Below, piece by piece: positions 1 to 9,073 of a stretch of 64,000 bases of DNA. Both the position numbers and the translations under genes were made by a program. The notes beneath the pieces were generated by a model. That model worked only from the letters and a program-made list of their open reading frames with translations. It made no database searches and was not told the DNA's origin. The DNA comes from an uncultured delta proteobacterium (GTDB taxonomy: Bacteria; Myxococcota_A; Polyangia; Fen-1088): assembly GCA_963767925.1 (NCBI GenBank), contig CAVYGB010000010.1, positions 576,001-640,000 on the forward strand. The letters are read 5' to 3'. Each line of letters starts with the position of its first letter. Position 1 is the first letter of the stretch.

Positions 1-1
1 G

Positions 2-526
2 GCCTCCTTGCTGGGGGCCCTGCCGCCCGACTTCTCCCTGCCGATCCTGGTGGTGCAGCACATCGGGTCGACCTTCCTCGACGGCTTCGCGGTCTGGTTG
101 AACGATCAGAGCCCGCTCGCGGTGTCGGTGGCCCGCGACGGCGAGGTCCCCGACCGGGGCAAGGTCCACCTGGCCCCCGCCGAACAGCACCTCGAGCTGC
201 GGGCGGGTCGGCTCTGCTGGACCTGGGACCCGCCGGTGTCGAGCCAGCGCCCCTCGGGCACGGTGCTGTTCCGCTCGCTGGCCCGGGAGCTGGGCCCCCG
301 GGCGATCGGGGTGTTGCTCACCGGGATGGGCGACGACGGGGCGACCGGCCTGCTCGACATGCGCCAGGCGGGGGCCCACACCATCACCGAGCACGAATCC
401 ACCGCGGTGGTCTACGGCATGCCGATGGCCGCCAACCGGCTGGGCGCCGCCTGCGAGTCCCTCCCCCTGCCCGAGATCGCGCCCCGCCTCCTCGACCTGG
501 TCGCCGCCGGGAGGACGGATGCCTAA
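2..526 (+). CDS. cheB: Chemotaxis methylesterase CheB, C-terminal part (5' end outside window)
   Basis: VVQH, RPS and LLTGMGDDGATG motifs plus VVYGMP; frame is open to the window edge. Confidence 0.92.
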   Translation, partial: ASLLGALPPDFSLPILVVQHIGSTFLDGFAVWLNDQSPLAVSVARDGEVPDRGKVHLAPAEQHLELRAGRLCWTWDPPVSSQRPSGTVLFRSLARELGPRAIGVLLTGMGDDGATGLLDMRQAGAHTITEHESTAVVYGMPMAANRLGAACESLPLPEIAPRLLDLVAAGRTDA

Positions 527-2117
527 GATCGTCCTCGTCGAGGACTCGCCCACCCAGGCGATGAAGCTCGAGGCCATGTTGATGGCCGAGGGGTTCGCCG
601 TCACCTGCTGCCCCACCGGGGAGGACGGCCTGCGCGTGATCGGCGAGCAGGTCGCCGATCTGATCGTCGTCGACTATTACCTGCCCGGCATGCGGGGCGA
701 CGAGCTGTGCCGGCGCATCCGCATGAACATCGAGGCCCGCCAGCTCCCCATCCTCATGTTCACCGTCGACGAGACCCAGGCCAGCGAGCTGCGCGGCCTC
801 GACGCCGGGGCCGACGACTACATGGCCAAGTCGGTCGACGCCCGGGTGCTCATCGCCCGCATCCGGGCTTTGCTGCGCAAGGGGCAGGAGAGCCAGGCCA
901 TCCTCGGCGTGGCCCAGCCCCACCTGCGCGAGGTCTGGATGTTGACCGTCGACGACAGCCCCACCTACCTCGAGAAGATCACCCTCGAGCTGGAGCGGGA
1001 CGGCTACCGCTGCGAGCGGGCCACCTCCGGGCCGGAGTGCCTCGCGCGGCTGGGCGAGCGGCGCTTCGACTGCGTGCTGCTCGACCTCATCATGCCCGGC
1101 ATGGACGGGATCGAGGTCTGCCAGCGCATCACCGAGATGCGCCGGCAGATGCGCCACCCCCTGGCGATCCTCATGTTGACCGCCCAGGAGGGCAAGGAGG
1201 ACCTGGCCAGGGCGCTCGAGGCGGGGGCCGACGACTTCGTCGGCAAGTCCAACGAGATGCCGGTGCTCAAGGGGCGGATCCGGGCGCTGCTGCGCCGGAA
1301 CCTGTACCTCGAGGAGAACCGCCGCATCCTCGAGGAGCTCAAGGCCCAGGAGATGCAGACGGTGCGGGCCCACATCGAGAAGGAGGCGGCCCAGGCCCGG
1401 GCCTCCCTGGCCCTCAAGCTCGAGGTGGCCAACCGGGAGCTGGAGGCCTTCTCCTATTCGGTCTCCCACGACCTGCGGGCGCCGCTGCGGGCGGTGGACG
1501 GCTTCAGCCAGGCTCTGTTCGAGGACTACGGCGCCGCCCTGGACGAGCGGGGCCAGGAGTACCTGCGCCTCATCCGCCAGGGCTGCCAGCAGATGGGGCA
1601 GCTCATCGACGACCTGCTCAACCTGTCCCGGGTCATCCAGCACGAGATCTCGGTGGAGCGCACCGACCTGGCGGCCATCGCCCGGGGGGTAGTCGGGCGC
1701 CTGCAGCTCGCCGATCCCGGGCGGAAGGTGGCCTTCCACGCGCCGGCCGAGCTGCTGGTGGAAGGCGACCCCGGGCTGCTGCGGGCGGCGCTCGAGAACC
1801 TGATCGGCAACGCCTGGAAGTTCACCGGCAAGCGCTCCGACGCCGCCATCGAGGTCGGCAGCGAGGCGGGCGAGAGCGGCGAGACCGTCCACTACGTGCG
1901 CGACAACGGGGCCGGCTTCGACATGGGCTACGCCGAGAAGCTGTTCGGGGCCTTCCAGCGCCTGCACGCCGCCGACGACTTTCCCGGCACCGGCATCGGC
2001 CTGGCCACCGTCAAGCGGATCGTCTTGCGCCACGAGGGCCGCATCTGGGCCGAGGGCGCCGTGGGCCGGGGCGCGACCTTCCGCTTCACCCTGGGCGTCC
2101 GGCGCGCCCCGGGTTGA
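519..2117 (+). CDS. Hybrid histidine kinase REC-REC-HisKA-HATPase
   Basis: Two receiver domains (LVEDS...IVVDYYLPG; TVDDS...VLLDLIMPG), H-box SVSHDLRAPL, NLIGNAWKFT, DNGAG, GTGIGLA; overlaps cheB stop by 8 nt. Confidence 0.93.
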   Translation: MPKIVLVEDSPTQAMKLEAMLMAEGFAVTCCPTGEDGLRVIGEQVADLIVVDYYLPGMRGDELCRRIRMNIEARQLPILMFTVDETQASELRGLDAGADDYMAKSVDARVLIARIRALLRKGQESQAILGVAQPHLREVWMLTVDDSPTYLEKITLELERDGYRCERATSGPECLARLGERRFDCVLLDLIMPGMDGIEVCQRITEMRRQMRHPLAILMLTAQEGKEDLARALEAGADDFVGKSNEMPVLKGRIRALLRRNLYLEENRRILEELKAQEMQTVRAHIEKEAAQARASLALKLEVANRELEAFSYSVSHDLRAPLRAVDGFSQALFEDYGAALDERGQEYLRLIRQGCQQMGQLIDDLLNLSRVIQHEISVERTDLAAIARGVVGRLQLADPGRKVAFHAPAELLVEGDPGLLRAALENLIGNAWKFTGKRSDAAIEVGSEAGESGETVHYVRDNGAGFDMGYAEKLFGAFQRLHAADDFPGTGIGLATVKRIVLRHEGRIWAEGAVGRGATFRFTLGVRRAPG

Positions 2118-2124
2118 GCGGGCC

Positions 2125-3942
2125 TCAGCGGCGGGGGACGCCGGCCAGGAACGATTCGGCCAGGACGCCGAGCTCGCGGGTGTCGATCGGCTTGCTGACG
2201 TAGGCGTCGAACCCCGCGCTCAGCAGGCGCTCGCGCACGCCCTTCATGACGTGGGCAGTGGTGGCCAGCACCGGCGTCGCGCGCAGGGTCTCGTCGCTGC
2301 GGATCTCGGCCAGCAGGCGCTCGCCGCCGCCGTCGGGGAACTGGATGTCGGTGAGCACGAGGTCGGGGTGGCGGGCGTGCATCGCCGCCAGGGCCCCGGC
2401 CACCGAGTCGGCCTCCAGGACCTCGTGGCCGCGCTGCTCGAAGATGGCCCGCGCCAGAAAGCGGCTCGGCACGTCGTCCTCCACGACGAGGATGCAGGCC
2501 CGGCGCGGCGGCCCCGCGCTGGCCGGCGGGCGGCTGGCGGCGGGAGCCGCGGCAGGCGCCCACGCAGCCCCGGGCGGCGTGGGGTGGGTGGGACCAGACG
2601 GGCTGGCCGCCGCGGGCCTGCCGGACGGCGCGGGGGAACCGGGCGGGGACGCCGCCGGGGGGAGCGCCGCCGCGAGGACGGGCGACACGGGCGCGCCGGG
2701 CGGGCGCGCGGACAGGGCCACCGGATCGGGCGCCACCGCCGGGGCCTCCCCGGTCGATCGCCGGGTGCCCGTCGCCCCGCCCACCTCGACCGGGGGGGGC
2801 GCCGCCTTCAGCGGCAGCCGGATGGTGAAGGTCGAGCCGCGGCCGGGCGCGCTCTCGACGTGGATCGACCCGCCGTGCAGCTCCACCAGCCGCTTGGTCA
2901 GGGCCAGGCCGAGCCCGGTCCCCTCGGGGCGATCGCCGCCGCGGGTGGGGACCTGCTCGAAGTCGGCGAACAGCCGCTTGAGGTCGGCGGGCTCGATGCC
3001 GATCCCGGTGTCGGTCACCGCCACCATCATCTCGTCCCCGATGCTGCGGGCGTCGAGGTGGACCGAGCCGCCCGGGGGCGTGAACTTGATGGCGTTGGCC
3101 ACCAGGTTGTAGAGGATCTGCTTGAAGCGGACCGGATCCACCGAGATGGTGGGCAGCTCGATCGGCATCAGGCTGCTGAGGGACAGCCGCTTCTTGTCGG
3201 CCAGCGGCCGCAGCGACGCGCACACCGAGCCACCGACCGCCGGCACCGAGGTCTCCTCCCGGCTCAGCTCCATCCGCCCGGCCTCGATCTTCGCGACGTC
3301 GAGGATCTGGTTGATGAGGGTCAACAGGTGCCGGCTGCTCTCGATGACGTTGCGGACATAGCCCGTCTGCTTGCCGCTGAGCGCGCCGGCCGCCCCCTCC
3401 TCGAGCAGCTCGGAGAACCCCAGGATGGCGTTGAGAGGGGTGCGCAGCTCGTGGCTCAAGGTCGCCAGGAACTTGCTCTTGGCCTCGTTGGCCGACTCGG
3501 CCCGCTCCTTCTCGCGCAGGGCCTCCTCGGCCGCCTTGCGGGCCGCCCGGCTCTCCCGGCGCTCGCTGGCCTCCGCCACCTCCCGCTGCACGCTGGGGCT
3601 CAGCCGGGCCAGCCGCCCCTTGCTGAGGTAGTCCTGGGCCCCCGCCCGCATCGCCGCCACCGCCACGTCCTCACCGATGGTGCCGGACACGATGATGAAG
3701 GGGACGTCGATCCCCAGCTCCTTGACCAGGGCCAGCGCCGCGGTCGAGCTGAAGGCCGGCATGGCGTGGTCCGAGATGACGACGTCCCACTCCTCTTGCT
3801 CGAGGGCCTGCTTCATGTCGGCGTGGGTGAACACGCGACGGTGTGTGGGGGCGTAGCCACCTGTGCGCAGCGCCCGCAGCGTGAGGGCCCCGTCGGACTC
3901 CGAGTCCTCGACCAGCAACACGCGCAGCGGCAGGTCGGCCAT
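2125..3942 (-). CDS. Hybrid histidine kinase REC-HisKA-HATPase-(Pro-rich linker)-REC
   Basis: Starts MADLPLRVLLVEDS; SHELRTPLN, NLVANAIKFT, DTGIG, GTGLGL; C-terminal ILVVEDD...LTDIQFP receiver. Start trimmed from the 1258-aa ORF call. Confidence 0.9.
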   Translation of the reverse strand: MADLPLRVLLVEDSESDGALTLRALRTGGYAPTHRRVFTHADMKQALEQEEWDVVISDHAMPAFSSTAALALVKELGIDVPFIIVSGTIGEDVAVAAMRAGAQDYLSKGRLARLSPSVQREVAEASERRESRAARKAAEEALREKERAESANEAKSKFLATLSHELRTPLNAILGFSELLEEGAAGALSGKQTGYVRNVIESSRHLLTLINQILDVAKIEAGRMELSREETSVPAVGGSVCASLRPLADKKRLSLSSLMPIELPTISVDPVRFKQILYNLVANAIKFTPPGGSVHLDARSIGDEMMVAVTDTGIGIEPADLKRLFADFEQVPTRGGDRPEGTGLGLALTKRLVELHGGSIHVESAPGRGSTFTIRLPLKAAPPPVEVGGATGTRRSTGEAPAVAPDPVALSARPPGAPVSPVLAAALPPAASPPGSPAPSGRPAAASPSGPTHPTPPGAAWAPAAAPAASRPPASAGPPRRACILVVEDDVPSRFLARAIFEQRGHEVLEADSVAGALAAMHARHPDLVLTDIQFPDGGGERLLAEIRSDETLRATPVLATTAHVMKGVRERLLSAGFDAYVSKPIDTRELGVLAESFLAGVPRR

Positions 3943-3985
3943 GACGGTCAACGGACTCGTCGATTGTACACCAGCCCGGGCGCGC

Positions 3986-4348
3986 TCACCCTGTCCGGGA
4001 GCAGGCCGATTTCTTCTCGATGAACAGGGCGAGGCCATCGAGCACCCGCTCGAGCCCGAAGGCGAACGAACCCTCCGGGTCGTGGGCCCCGTAGGCCTCG
4101 CCGAAGGCGCTGCCAACCCGCGAGGCAACCGGATAGTCCGGGCGGACCCGCTCATCACCTCGTTGAGGAACGGCTCGACCTTGTTCCACCACTCGGTGTC
4201 GGTCATCCCGGTGCGCTCCTTGACCCAGCGCTCGCGGGCCGCGCCCCGCACCGCCCCTGAGACGTAGTCGAGGATCAGGGTCAGCGCCCGATCCATCTCC
4301 AGGTCGTCGAGCCCGATGCCGTCGACGGCCGACAGCTCGGCGTCGTGC
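3986..4348 (-). pseudogene. 5'-truncated, frameshifted TetR/AcrR C-terminal domain remnant
   Basis: DAELSAVDGIGLDDLEMDRALTLILDYVSG...TGMTDTEWW...EVMSG in one frame continues as PDYPVASRVG...FAFGLERVLDGLALFI in another frame near 4140; no HTH and no convincing start. Confidence 0.7.
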
Positions 4349-4496
4349 GGCCGCTGCCCTACCCGGCACCTGCCCTGTAAAAAGTCCGGGCATCCGCGGC
4401 GCGGCGGGTGCAACCGGGGTTGTTCGTGAAACCGTTCGCGTTGTAGGTTGCGCCGTCCCCCCGGTTTCCACCACACACAGCGCCAGGAGGCAGACG

Positions 4497-5775
4497 GTGC
4501 GCCACCCCCGACGAGCCGAGATTCTCTTTTCCCGCTCTTCTCACCGCAACCCTCCTGACCGCCCTGGCCGGCTGTGGCGCCCGCAACGGCGGCGGCACGG
4601 GCCCCGAGGGCCCCGCCGGCGAGCCCCCACGCCCGACCGCGCCGACCCCTCCCCCCGGCGCCGGCGCGCCTCCGTCCCCCACCACGCCCGTCGCCACCCC
4701 GCCCGCGCCGACCCCCGCGCCCGGCACCGCGACACCCCCGCCCGCGCCCGGCACCCCCGAGCCGACGCCGCCGGCGCCCACGCCGCCCGAGCCGACACCG
4801 CCCGGCACCGCCCCCCCGCCCGCGCCCGGCGAGCCGGCGCCCGCGCCCGGCGCTCCCGCCGGCAAGCCGATGCAGATCTACTGGATCGACGTCGAGGGCG
4901 GCGCCGCCACCCTCCTCGTCGCTCCCGGCGGCCAGACCCTGCTGATGGACGCCGGCTGGGGCGACAACCGCGGCGGCGCCGCCCGCGTCGGCCCGGTCCT
5001 CGAAGAGGTCGGCGCCAAGCAGCTCGACTACTTCCTCGCCAGCCACTACCACGTCGACCACCTCAGCGGCGTCGGCTCGCTCGCCCGCGCCATCCCGATC
5101 CTGAGCTTCATCGACCACGGCATGAACACCGAGGGCAGCGACTACGGCTACGGCGCCGCCGCTGCCGGCAAGCGCAAGAGCAGCAAGCCCGGGGACAAGC
5201 TGCAGCTCGGCGAGGTCGAGGTGACGATCGTCAGCGGCGCCCGCCAGGTCATCGCCCCGCTGCCCGGCGCCCGCCCCAACCCGCTGTGCGAGGGCGCCCA
5301 GACCAAGAACGACGGCAACGACGAGGACCCCCAGAGCCTCGGCTTTCTCGCCCGCTTCGGCAGCTTCGAGTTCGTCGACCTCGGCGACCTCACCTGGGGG
5401 GTCGAGCACCAGCTCGCCTGTCCCATGAACCGCCTCGGCGAGATCGAGATCTTCCAGTCCAGCCAGCACGGCTCGACCGAATCGAACCCCCCGCAGCTCG
5501 TGCACGCCCTCGCCCCCCAGGCCATCGTGGTCAACAACGGCGCCGGCAAGGGGGGCCAGGCCGGGGCCCTGCAGGTCTTCAAGCGCACGCCCGGCATGAA
5601 GGACCTCTGGCAGATCCACCGCAGCAACGCGGCCGGCGAGGCCAACACCGAGGACGCCCTCATCGCCAACACCGGCAACACGAACAACTACCTCCGCGCG
5701 ACCATCCAGCCCGACGGCAGCTTCACCATCTTCAACCCGCGCACGGAGATGTCGCGCAGCTACAAGTCTCGCTGA
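4497..5775 (+). CDS. ComEC/Rec2-like MBL-fold hydrolase lipoprotein; signal peptide split by an apparent +1 frameshift at about 4527-4530 (intact catalytic ORF 4870-5775)
   Basis: IYWIDVEGG, LMDAG, SHYHVDHLSG (HxHxDH), DLGDL, QHG; in-frame upstream LLTALAG-C lipobox and Pro/Thr linker; AGGAGG-N6-GTG at 4485-4499 lies in a different frame. Confidence 0.8.
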
Positions 5776-5993
5776 GCGCCCGCGCGCCGCTCCACGATCG
5801 AGACGGCCCACCGCGCACGGCTCAGCGCGTGCGCCTACAGATCCCCACCAGTCCGCGACTTGACGCCGGCCGACCTGCGGCGACGTGCGCCGGAGACGCA
5901 CCCCGAGCTACCGCCCGGAAACGTCGCCGGCGTATAGTACTGCCTTAAGCGACCTTACAACCTGGCGGAAGCCGGGCACCTCTGGAGGTAGTC

Positions 5994-8717
5994 ATGACTC
6001 GAGTGTCTGCTTTCTCCTTCGTCCTGGTTCTTCTCGGTGGGCTGGTCGCGACGAAGGTCGCGCTCGGGCAAAGTGGTCAAAACGGTTCCATCGTGGGGAA
6101 CGTCTTCGACCAGGGCGGCGCCCCCATGGCCGGCGTGAAGATCACCGCGCGATCGGAGACGCAGATCGGCGGCGCCCGGTCGGTCTACAGCAACGGCGAG
6201 GGGACCTTCCGGTTCCACGCGCTGCAACCGGGGACCTTCGAGGTGCGGGCCGACGCGACAAAGCTCAAGCCCGTCATCATCAAGGACGTCACCGTCGGCA
6301 TCTCGGCGCCGGCCGAGGTCAACCTGGTGATGGAGGTGGAGACCGCGCTCGAGGAGGTGAAGGTCATCGAGCGCGCGCCGATGGTCAACACCAAGTCCTC
6401 GGCGATCAAGGAGACCATCGAAATGGACATGATCGAGTCCCTGCCGCTGGCCAACCGCCAGAGCGCCCACAACCAGCTCATCGGCGCGGTGGCGGGGGCG
6501 GTGGGCAACAACGTGCGGGGCGGCGTCGCCAGCCAGACCATCTTCACCCAGGACGGCTTCGACCTGCGCGAGCAGTACCCCACCATGAAGACCTCGGCGG
6601 CCTACGAGATCCTCACCGGCGGGCACGGGGCCGACGCCCCCACCGCCTCGGGCGGGCAGATCAACCTCGTCACCCGCTCCGGATCGAACCGCTTCGAGGG
6701 CGAGCTCAACGCCACCCTCGACTCGCCCTGGATGCAGTTCTTCCTCGAGCCGGGTGAGCAGCAGGGCTTGAACTCCATCTACCAGATCAACCCCATGCTG
6801 TCGGGGCCCATCATCCGCGACAAGCTGTGGTTCTTCGCCAACATGGAGACCTTCATCTTCCGCAACGGGCGGGGCTACGATCCCTCGGGCGTGTTCCCCC
6901 CCCGGCCCGACGGCATCAACTACAACAACAAGGGGATGGTCAAGCTCACCTGGCAGGCCACCAGCCGCCACCGCCTGTCGACCATGTTCAACTTCGACTC
7001 GCCCCACGAGCGCAACCGCAAGGGCGGCCTCGGCGTCGAGCCGGAGGCCCAGGAGCGGCGGATCGCCCGCCGCCTGTTCGGCGGCCTCGTCTGGGACGCC
7101 CTGCTGAGCGACAACCTCGTCCTGCGCAGCCAGGCGGGGGTCACCTACTACGGCAACCACGTCTACCCCGAGATGTGCGTCACCGATCCGGGCCGCTGCG
7201 ACTTCGTCGAGCCGATCATCCAGACCTTCCCCCTCGAGCAGGAGAGTCAGAACGCCAGCGTCCACAACCGGGAGGACGCCGTCGGCATCCAGTTCACGAA
7301 CCGCCTGGAGTGGTTCCTATCGAGCCAGAAGCTCGGCGAACACGCCGTCCAGCTCTCGAGCTCCTTCTTCGCCGAGAGCAACAGCGTCTACAGCTCCACG
7401 CCCGGCGACGCCATCACCACCTACAACGGGACCCTCCCCGCCACCCGGGCGATCTACTACTCGAACGACCCCCGGCTGGACGAGGCCCGCTTCGGCTGGT
7501 TCATCACCGACATCAACTGGCGCCGCCACACCGGCACCCTCCGCGACCAGTGGCGTCCCACCCGCCACCTCACGATCACCGGGGCCCTCTCCCACGTCTG
7601 GGCCCAGGGCACCAACAGCCTCGGCGACACGGCCATCGACAATGCCACCCTGGTGCCGAGCATCTCCGCCGCCTGGGACGCCACCCACGATGGCCGCACG
7701 GTGCTGCGGACCAGCTTCAGCAACTACGCCGACATGGAGATCGAGGACGCTGTCCGGCACTCCCTCGGCGGCCGGGTCCGCTACCAGTGCCGCTGGAACG
7801 AGGCGACCCAGCGCTTCGACAGCAACTGCGAATACAGCGGCGGCGCCAGCGGCAACACCATCGGCCGGCCCTGCGGCTCGACGGGGATCGACGCCAACGG
7901 CGTCTCCTGCGTCGAGGAGCTGCGCATCCCCCGCACGCAAGAGTACACCCTGGGGGCCGAGCGAGAGGTCACCCAGGGGGTGGCGCTGTCCCTGGATGCC
8001 ATGTACCGACGTTTCAACAACCAGTACGACACGCGGGAGACAAACCGGATCTGGAACAGCAACGGCACCGCCCTGTCCCCCACCCAGGCCTTCCGCAACG
8101 GGCGTAGCCAGACGGTCATCGACTACGGCACGCCGGACTACGCCCGGCGGCGCTACATGGGCCTCACCTTCGGCGCGCGAAAGCGCGAGGGGCGCTTCAA
8201 GATCCAGGGGTCGTACACCCTGAGCCAGCTCAAGGGGAACGAGGGCGGCTACGGCGACAACCCCGCCCAGGACGTCTACCTCTACGGCTACCTCGGCAAC
8301 GACCACCGCCACGAGATCAAGGCCCTGGCCCAGTTCTCGGCGACGAGCTGGTTGACCACCGGCATCCGCTACGACTACCACTCCGGCTATCCCTACAACC
8401 GCATCTACCGCAACCAGGTGACGAACAGCTTCGAGGACTTCCGGGCCCCGCTCGGCATCAACCCGGGCACCAACATCAACGACCCGACCGACGATCGCGA
8501 GCTGCGGCTGCCCGACGTCCAGAGCCTCAACGTGCAGGTGCGCTTCAACTTGCTGCCCCTCATCCAGCAACGGCTCGATCTCTACGTCGACGTGCTCAAC
8601 GTCCTGGCCCAGCGGACGGTCACCGGCGTGACCCAGAACGAGGGGCCCACCTTCGGCCTCACCACCGGCCGGGTCGGACCCATGCGCATCCGCCTCGGCC
8701 TGAACTACCGTTACTGA
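5994..8717 (+). CDS. TonB-dependent transporter with N-terminal carboxypeptidase-regulatory-like domain (Oar-like family)
   Basis: Signal peptide, GSIVGNVFD...GVKIT, GGQINLVTRSGSN plug end, SGPIIRDKLWFF, C-terminal GLNYRY beta-signal; GGAGG SD. Confidence 0.88.
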   Translation: MTRVSAFSFVLVLLGGLVATKVALGQSGQNGSIVGNVFDQGGAPMAGVKITARSETQIGGARSVYSNGEGTFRFHALQPGTFEVRADATKLKPVIIKDVTVGISAPAEVNLVMEVETALEEVKVIERAPMVNTKSSAIKETIEMDMIESLPLANRQSAHNQLIGAVAGAVGNNVRGGVASQTIFTQDGFDLREQYPTMKTSAAYEILTGGHGADAPTASGGQINLVTRSGSNRFEGELNATLDSPWMQFFLEPGEQQGLNSIYQINPMLSGPIIRDKLWFFANMETFIFRNGRGYDPSGVFPPRPDGINYNNKGMVKLTWQATSRHRLSTMFNFDSPHERNRKGGLGVEPEAQERRIARRLFGGLVWDALLSDNLVLRSQAGVTYYGNHVYPEMCVTDPGRCDFVEPIIQTFPLEQESQNASVHNREDAVGIQFTNRLEWFLSSQKLGEHAVQLSSSFFAESNSVYSSTPGDAITTYNGTLPATRAIYYSNDPRLDEARFGWFITDINWRRHTGTLRDQWRPTRHLTITGALSHVWAQGTNSLGDTAIDNATLVPSISAAWDATHDGRTVLRTSFSNYADMEIEDAVRHSLGGRVRYQCRWNEATQRFDSNCEYSGGASGNTIGRPCGSTGIDANGVSCVEELRIPRTQEYTLGAEREVTQGVALSLDAMYRRFNNQYDTRETNRIWNSNGTALSPTQAFRNGRSQTVIDYGTPDYARRRYMGLTFGARKREGRFKIQGSYTLSQLKGNEGGYGDNPAQDVYLYGYLGNDHRHEIKALAQFSATSWLTTGIRYDYHSGYPYNRIYRNQVTNSFEDFRAPLGINPGTNINDPTDDRELRLPDVQSLNVQVRFNLLPLIQQRLDLYVDVLNVLAQRTVTGVTQNEGPTFGLTTGRVGPMRIRLGLNYRY

Positions 8718-8733
8718 GCCCGGGCCGGCCCGA

Positions 8734-8772
8734 CCGGAGGCCCCTCTCCCCGCTTCGCGGGGCGAGGGCGAA
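8734..8772 (-). repeat. REP-like palindromic element, copy A (inverted relative to copy B)
   Basis: Hairpin CCCTCTCCCCGC-TTC-GCGGGGCGAGGG; its reverse complement matches copies B, C and D. Confidence 0.75.
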
Positions 8773-8853
8773 TGGACAACGGGGCCCGGAATCCGCGGGC
8801 GAAGCCGCCGCAGTTTCGCCGCTCGGAGGTTTGACCGGGGCACCTCGCTGCTT

Positions 8854-8905
8854 GTTCGCCCTCGCCCCGCGGCAGCGGGCAGAGGGCTGGGTGAGGGGCC
8901 TCCGG
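8854..8905 (+). repeat. REP-like palindromic element, copy B
   Basis: GTTCGCCCTCGCCCCGCGGCAGCGGGCAGAGGGCTGGGTGAGGGG. Confidence 0.75.
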
Positions 8906-9039
8906 CGTGTGCGGGTGGGGGGGGCTCGTGTCGGGGTCCGGATGGTGGTATGTGTAGCGGCAGTAACGGGGGTACGGGGTTGGTGGCGTGAGGCCCCTCG
9001 GCAACCGCGAGTTTCCGACGATTCCGACCAGGTTGGGGT

Positions 9040-9055
9040 TGGTCCCGGGGTTGCA
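9040..9055 (+). promoter_or_regulatory. Possible sigma54 -24/-12 promoter
   Basis: TGGTCCCGGGGTTGCA has GG-N10-GC spacing and a TTGCA -12 element, just upstream of the SD and ATG at 9074. Confidence 0.45.
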
Positions 9056-9073
9056 CACCAGCTCGGAGGGATC

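Noticed and set aside
4363..4380. sigma54-like CGGCACCTGCCCTGTA
   Set aside because: The -12 element lacks the conserved GC; such matches are common at this GC content
2125..5901. 1258-aa ORF as a single giant kinase
   Set aside because: Its N-terminal half is the antisense of the MBL gene plus the TetR remnant; kinase homology starts at 3942
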